Made by a program: the position numbers and the translations under genes. A DNA stretch of 64,000 nucleotides from Octopus sinensis (Eukaryota): contig NC_043000.1 in NCBI RefSeq assembly GCF_006345805.1, positions 58,280,001-58,344,000 of the forward strand, read 5' to 3'. Numbering within the stretch: position 1 is the stretch's first letter; each line of letters opens with the position of its first letter. A model generated the notes under the pieces. The model had not been told where the DNA came from and made no database searches. It was given only the letters and a program-made list of their open reading frames with translations. Positions 12,955 to 64,000 of this stretch are shown one piece after another.

Positions 12955-14778
12955 TGCAATTTAAAATTTTATTCTTTCTGTGCAGTCTGATGCCAAATGT
13001 TCCATGGCCCAGCAATGACTTGTGACCTGGTGGTTGAGAACCCTTGTTATGAACATCATACACACACACGCACGCACGCACGCGCGCACACATATATCAA
13101 CAATTTTACCAAAACTTTTGTCAAACAAAAACATTTGACAAGACAATTAAGATAACAAAAGGTCTTTTATGCACTATGTGCTTGCTCAACACACCAAGTA
13201 GAGCAGCTAAAAAACAGGTTGCACACAGTAGATAATGTAGTCATAAATATACAAAAAGATAGAGTAATTAAGAATAGAATGCCTTTGATCTTAAGTTTTA
13301 CTTAATTAGCACTACCCTAGGTGAAACAACAACAGTTGATAGGGCAATAAATCATGCAATGAAGCAAGTAGTCTACCTGGAAAACATGGGATTTTAGCTC
13401 TTCACAATGACTCTGGTTCTTGAGTGGTTTAGAGTTTGTGAGTGCAGCAGCACTTAGTTATTACCAGTGACCTGTAGTTTTCTGCTGCAGTCATCTAGTT
13501 ACTGTCAATGTCTTGCATGCAATTCTCAGCTTCAAAATCTATTTCCTGGGAGTGGCTTCTCATTCTGTTACCACTTCTAATCATTGGTAGTGGCAGTAAA
13601 CAATAATCTTCTGTAGTTTAATAAACTTTAATCACGTAGCTATCCTCCCAGCATATTGTGTGTGTGTGCACGCGCACATGTGTGTGTGGTGGATGGGTGT
13701 GCATTTTAGGGGGAGTTAGTGTTAAAGATGTTGTACACGTGGTTATGAGGTTGTGGATTTTGATTCCTTGTATGGATGATACATTGTCTCCTTAACAAGG
13801 TTCTTGATTTTTTATTGCTCCAGTTCACTCAACTGCAAAATGGGTACCAGCTGAATGAGTGCTTGTGCAGCTTTCTCTCCCTCCAACACTAAGTCAAGGG
13901 TGGGGTGGGCATGCCAAATGAGTGTCTGTTTTTTATTACATACACACACCTAAAATAGTTCGGGGAAGCATGATACATGCCTTAAGTCATACTCATTTGC
14001 AAGTGATAGCTGTAAAGTTAATTTGTTAGTAGAAATACTTGCAAATACAACATAACAACAGCTATTCCCTTATCGTCATTTTATATCAGTTTTACGTAAC
14101 TGACATGGGTTGGGTCTTGTCATTTGTCAAAGCCAATATCATCTTACACAAACACATAGCCACTGAGAAAATTAGCCAGTTTTATTGCTGTGTATGCCTC
14201 ATAGTATGGACTGGGTACATTTTATCATGTCACTGTGACTACAAAGATTGTGATATTCAAGAGAATGCACATGTATATATCTTTTATCTTTTATTTTTTA
14301 TTTGTTATAGTCATTGGCTGCTACTGTGCTTGGGCACTGCCATGAAGGGTTTTAATCAAACAATTCAAACTCAGGCCATATTTATTTGAGTGGTGATCCT
14401 TTCTACTCTAGGCACAAGACCTGAAATTTTTTGGTTGATTACATCACCCCCAGTGCTTAACTAGTACTTATTGTGTTGGCTCTGAAAGGATGAAGGGCAA
14501 AGTGAACCATGGTGCAATTTGAACTCAGAACATAAAGCCAAAAGAAATTAAGAAATGTCCCAAAGGATTTTGTCCAGTACCCTAGTGATTTTGCCAGCTC
14601 ACCACACACACACACGTATCACTTAATATACATAGTAGCTTAAATACAAGCTACTATTAGTTTCATGCTGTGAAAACAGTAAACTGGCAAATCTATACAT
14701 CATACTTTGTGCTTCTGAGCAAACCTTCATGCTCAAATGCACAAAACAATAAGTCAGAAAAAATTAGACACTCATATA

Positions 14779-17526
14779 CAAGGTGGTATCAAAAAGTTCC
14801 CAGACCAGATCTGTAGTATGCCAACAGATGGCAGCACATGATTGTGTGCAGTGAAAGCTAGCAGTGACCTTCATGAGGCAGTGTACTGTGTGACATCACT
14901 GTGTTTACTTTGTAAGTTGTAAAATTTGTGTTTTTGTTGTCACATGTACGCTGTAGCCTGTAATTTTTGTCATGGACAGGAAGATGGAACAAAGAGCCAA
15001 TGTCAAATTTTGCATTAAACTCGGGAAGTCTGCTACAGGGACATTGAGCATGCTTTGGCAAGCTTATGGTAAAAAGCCAGTGGGTCATATGCAATGTTTC
15101 AAGTGGCATAGATGCTTTAAAATTAGAAAAATGTCACCAGTAGATGATGAATGATCTGGAAATCCTGCCTCAAATGATCTGGAAAACCTACCACAAATGT
15201 CACCCCCAGAAATGTGGAGAAAATTCATCAGCTTATGCATGAAGATTGTCAGAGGATAACATTAGTCAACACGATTTTTGGTGCCAAGAAACAGAATGCA
15301 TTTTTTTAGCTAATTTGATGGTGCTGATTCCAAAAAATGATCTTATTTTTTCACAGTTAGCTATCGTTTTTGCTGTACTGAAATTGCTCGTTTTTGGAAA
15401 AAAGATCAATTTACAATCTTGGCTGGTCGCAAAATTTTGTTAAAAAAAGAACCCATGAATTTTCAGATTGGCTGAGCAATTTATGTCAGCCACCTGAAAT
15501 AAACTATTTTTATAAGAAAAAGTGTGTTTCTGAGTCAAAACTTTTAAAATAGAAGTACCAAATTTTTCCAGTTTATTGCCAAAATTCAAATTAACTGATA
15601 AATTTTATCAGTAATACACTTTAGTAAACCTGATAATTAAGGTGACATCAAAAAAATGAAACCCTAAAATTTTCTGTTTGATATTCATAAATTTTATTCC
15701 TTTATTTTTATCCCTTCAATATGGAAGGAAGCCAAACACATTAAGAACTTTTGTTTTCACAGTTGGAAAAAAAACTCCAACTAAAGACATCCCAACTGAA
15801 TGCACCTATTCCATTGTACATGATGAATATCATGAAAATGGTTTCACCATAACATCTGCCCTCCACACGGGATTACAAAGATACTAAGTAGAATCAGCAT
15901 AATGACTCTTTCTGTCTTTTGTTATTGACAGTTTTGCAAGTCTTTCCATAGGACATTAGGAAAGATCTAATTACCTAACTGTGAACAAGCAAAGTGTAAT
16001 GTAATTGTTCAACCAACTCATGTTCTTTTTTAATCATAGAGATAGATATCAAATGGCATGGCTTCAACTAGAGGATGCAAAAATGATCCCAACTTATTTT
16101 ACTATACATGTGGCAAATTCACACTGAAAGCCAACAGGAAACCAATATCTGACTTTTATAAGAAAGCCTGTTGTGCTTACTTTCACGTCGAGCTTGGTGA
16201 TCAGGACAAATCATGGACCCCTCACATTGTTTGCGAAAAACTCAAAGCAGGAGAGTTTGATGGTCCTGATATCAGGAAACTCATTAAGGATGATGAATTT
16301 GTTAATTCAATGAATGCCTTGGAATTATGTACTTATACATCGTTTGTTGACATGGTGAAAAACCTCTTAGGCAATCGCCAGGCCGAAAACTAAAGGAGTT
16401 AGTGGAAAAGCTGTTGAAAAGTCTTCAGGACATAGGTGTTAATATGAGTATTAAGGTTCATTTTTTTACATAGCCATCTAGATAAATTTCCAAATAATTG
16501 CAGTGATGTGAGTGATGAGTAAGGAGAATGATTTCATCAGGATATCCAAACAATAGAAGAGCACTACCAGGGACAGTGGTACAAATGAATGATGGCTGAC
16601 TACTGCTAGAATGTCAAAAGGGACTTAAATAACATTGAACATGACAGACAATCAAGAAAGAGAAAATTTTTACTATGGTTCTTATGTTCACGAAGGTTTT
16701 ATTTCTGCTGTTTATTTAATGATTTGATGAAAATACTTGTTGGTCTTGGTGTATTCAATCATGTTATTTTTAAAGACTTAGGATTTGATCGTTATTGCAA
16801 AAATAGTATTCCTCAATAAGCAGACCAATGTTTGTTGGTTTAAATATGAATTGAGAGGTTTCTATGATTTTACTTTGAGAAATATTGCCATCGATCAATA
16901 TCAAATATACATAAAACAAATGAAAAAATGTGTTTTATTCCAAAAATGAAGCATTTCTGTACAGCAGAAATGGTAGCTAACCAAGAAAAAGTAAGATCAT
17001 TTTCAGATTCAGCACCCTCAAATTAGCCAAAAATGATGTCTAGTGTCTCAACACCATTTCAAAATTTTTTTTTTGTTGACCAGTGTAATCGATGCTGTTT
17101 TGAAGTGTTTAAGGGAAGACATTCAGTGAAAGCAACTGGATCTGTGGAGTGTGAAGAATTGGATTCTTCACGGCAATGCACCCTGTCACTGAGCTCTACT
17201 CACTCATGAGTTTCTTACCAAAAACAACATGGTATCACTTCTGCACCCACCCTATTCACCAGATTTAGCATCTGCGGACCTCCATCTCTTCCCCAAGATG
17301 AAAATGCAGTTCAAAGGTTACTATTTTAACTCTGTTGTTGAGATCAAGAACAAATCGCAGAAGGTCCTCCACTCATGGAAAACGACTTTCAGGCCATATT
17401 CTAAGTGGCAGGAATGCTGGGATCAGTGAATTGCTGGGCAAGTTGACTATTTTGGAAGAGATGATGTTAAAACTTAAGTAAATAAATTAAACATAACTAG
17501 TTCAAAAACTTTTTGATACCACATCA
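14779..17526 (+). mobile_element. Non-autonomous mariner derivative, split by a Chapaev3 insertion
   Basis: TIR caaggtggtatcaaaaagtt / aactttttgataccacatca with TA flanks; EQRANVKFCIKLGKSAT and HPPYSPDLASAD remnants. Confidence 0.88.
15260..17085 (+). mobile_element. Chapaev3-type (CMC superfamily) DNA transposon, internally deleted
   Basis: About 130-bp imperfect TIRs (CATTAGTCAAC / GTTGACCAGTG) and 3-bp TAA TSD. Transposase remnants MASTRGCKNDP..YTCG..GDQDKSWTPHIVC fused to KLKAGEFDGPDIR, then SIKVHF.HSHLDKFP...SDE.GE.FHQDI. Family name from recalled motifs. Confidence 0.8.
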
Positions 17527-18149
17527 TATTTATCAGTAGAATGGGTACATTAACAAAAGTGTACTGTATTATAGATCCACTACTGCTGGGCTTACCAATT
17601 GGTTTCGCACATCAGGAAATCAGGTGATTATCTAACAACCACGCTCATCAGAGTTGGATGGTATGGAAATATTTGCAAATACAACATAGCAACCATACCA
17701 GCCAACTAATCTATTTGCATGTGTGTGTGTCTGTGTGTATATATGTGTCTATACATATATATGTGTGTGTGTGTGTGAGAGGCACCTCTGAATCTGTAAA
17801 ATGGAAGACTCATTAGTTTTCTCAGTACAAATGTGTCACAGGTTTTTAAACTCTTGCAATTCACCTCTAGTTCTAAAAAACCAAACATTCCCTCTTTTTG
17901 CTCTGTTCAATTACTCAATCTTCTAGAAATAGCAGCCAAATCTCCCCCAAATCACATATTAAATAAAGAATACATAGGACAGTGTAGTTCTTTCTAGATA
18001 ACCCTAAAATGATGGGAATATTTTCTATCAGAGCCTTGAGCTGACCAATGCTTTTGTAAGTTTGATAAATGGAAATTTTACAGAAACCTATGGTATGTGT
18101 GTGTATATGGCATGCATGTGGGGTGAGGGGTGCTTATGTGTCTTTTATC

Positions 18150-18347
18150 TTATATCTTTTGCTTGTTTCAGTCATTTGACTGTGGACATGCTAGGGCACC
18201 ACCTTGAAGGGTTTTAGTCAAACAAATCAACCCCAGGACTTATTTTTTTAAAGCCTAGTACTTATTCTATCAGTCGCCTTTGCTGAACCACTAAGTTACA
18301 AAGACATAAATACACTACATTGGTTGTTAAGTGGTGGTGGTGGTGGA

Positions 18348-18431
<84 letters not shown>

Positions 18432-18583
18432 CAGGCTTCTTTCAGTTTCTGTCTACCAAATTCACTCACAAGGCTTTGGTTGATCCAAGGTTATAGTAGA
18501 AGACACTTGCTCAAGGTGCCATACAGTTGGACTGAACCTGAAACCATGTGTTTGGGAAGCAAACTTTTTAAAATACAGCCATG
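18150..18583 (-). mobile_element. SINE family 1 with internal (CA)n(TA)n
   Basis: Similarity to the copy at 33325-33728. Confidence 0.85.
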
Positions 18584-19432
18584 CTTTACAAAGTTTCTCA
18601 AATGTAAATGTAGCTATAAATTATCACTCATACATTGATATATATATATGTGAGTGTGCGTGTGTCTGTGTGTGTGAGAAAGAGAGAGAGCGTGTGTGTG
18701 TTTGTTTGTGATGTGAAAGATATACTTTTCAATAAGAAAGTTGTTGATTAACTGGTGCATTAAACAAAATGAATTATTCTGCTCAAGTTGCAATCACGCC
18801 CTTGCCACTTTCTTCATCATATAAATGCAATGAGTCAGTGACTGGCCATTCGGAAGCCTGTAACCAACAACACTATTTTTCACAAAATGCAGGATATCTT
18901 TTATTTTTTCTTTTATCTTTGATTTGTTCCAGTTATTGGATGTGGCCATGCTGGGGCACCACCTTGAAGAGTTCAGTGCTTATTTTCTAAAGCTTGGCAT
19001 TTATTCTGACTGGCTCTTTTTCCAAACCACTAACTTATGGGGACATAAAGAAACCAACTCCAGTGATCAAGCAGTTGTGAAACACATACACACACACATG
19101 CATATACACACACACACACGCGTGCACACATGCGTGCACACACACACACGCGTGTGCACACACACACACACACACGGCAAGCTTGTTTCAGTTGCCATCT
19201 ACCAAATCTACTCACAAAGCTTTGGTTGTCCCCATGACTATACTAGGAAACAGTAGACCACGGGAGGATTCTACTGTCTACTGCAGGCACCTAAAGATCA
19301 GGTGTTGGCATTAAACTGGGAAATATATGAAACCTATCATCTAAATTTTCATTTGAACAAAAACAGCTAACAGTCACACAGACTTTTATTATTCTCTGTT
19401 AGAGCTAACAAATTTACCATTTCTTTGTCCAG

Positions 19433-63539
<44,107 letters not shown>

Positions 63540-64000
63540 GTAAGTCCTTGCTTCATTCTCAGAGATTTCTTACTGTATTGTATTAATGCATGAATGTGTA
63601 TGCGTACATGAAGAAATGAAGTTTTGTGTAACTGTCTGCAACTGTATATCTTTATATCTTATATATCTTTAACTGCTCATTTGTATATTCTCATGCTTAA
63701 ATCTACACACACACACATGCAAATGTATATATCTATTTACGTTTTACATATGTCTCATAATGTTTCCATTAGTGTTAATTATAATGATCATCATTTAATG
63801 TCCACTTTCCCAAGATTGCATGGATCAGAGTTTATTTAAGGTAGATTTTCTACAGGCAGATGCCCCTTTTGGCATTAACTCCTATCTGTTTCTGGGCAAG
63901 ATAATATTTCCCTGTGGCCAAACATATCCATGCAGAATATTGGACGGGAATGACACTACTTGTATGAGAGGGACATTCATTTACAACTGTCATGTGATGT

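Larger units (their letters stand above)
11064..13046. mobile_element. hAT (Charlie-like) MITE split by nested insertions
   Basis: Ends catatgttcccaacc / ggttgagaacccttg; imperfect 8-bp TSD ctatagaa / ttatgaac. Confidence 0.6.

Noticed and set aside
1-19432. Expected upstream peroxidasin exons (signal peptide, LRRNT, first DLRFN-type LRR)
   Set aside because: Scanned donor-like sites and found no open LRR-like exon; they probably lie upstream, implying an intron over 19.4 kb.

Overview
AT-rich, microsatellite- and SINE-dense animal genomic DNA. The SINE, LINE and DNA-transposon complement points to an octopus (coleoid cephalopod); this is inference from recalled repeat families, not a database result. 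The backbone is one + strand multi-exon gene. I reconstructed 9 coding exons by hand (19433-63539, 1310 nt, about 436 codons, all GT-AG, phases consistent, no stops). They encode three 24-aa LRRs, an LRRCT cap, Ig1, an Arg/Pro-rich linker on two symmetric microexons, Ig2 and Ig3. Domain order and residue-level similarity match the N-terminal half of peroxidasin (PXDN). The 5' exons lie upstream of the window, and Ig4 and the peroxidase domain should lie downstream. Introns hold two Penelope-like elements, CR1, RTE and R4/Dong LINE fragments, Tc1, mariner and maT elements, a Chapaev3 nested in a mariner derivative, hAT and TTAA MITEs, and at least four SINE families. The most notable hand-read signals are: (1) three minimal hammerhead-ribozyme-like motifs on the minus strand, two just downstream of Penelope GIY-YIG ORFs; (2) a young CR1 LINE whose 3' tail matches the dominant SINE with compensatory stem changes, a likely LINE/SINE partnership; (3) the Arg/Pro microexon cassette in the peroxidasin-like gene, with a (TA)n array abutting its acceptor; (4) one fewer LRR than human PXDN. 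TE boundaries without TIR/TSD support are approximate. No searches or folding programs were run.
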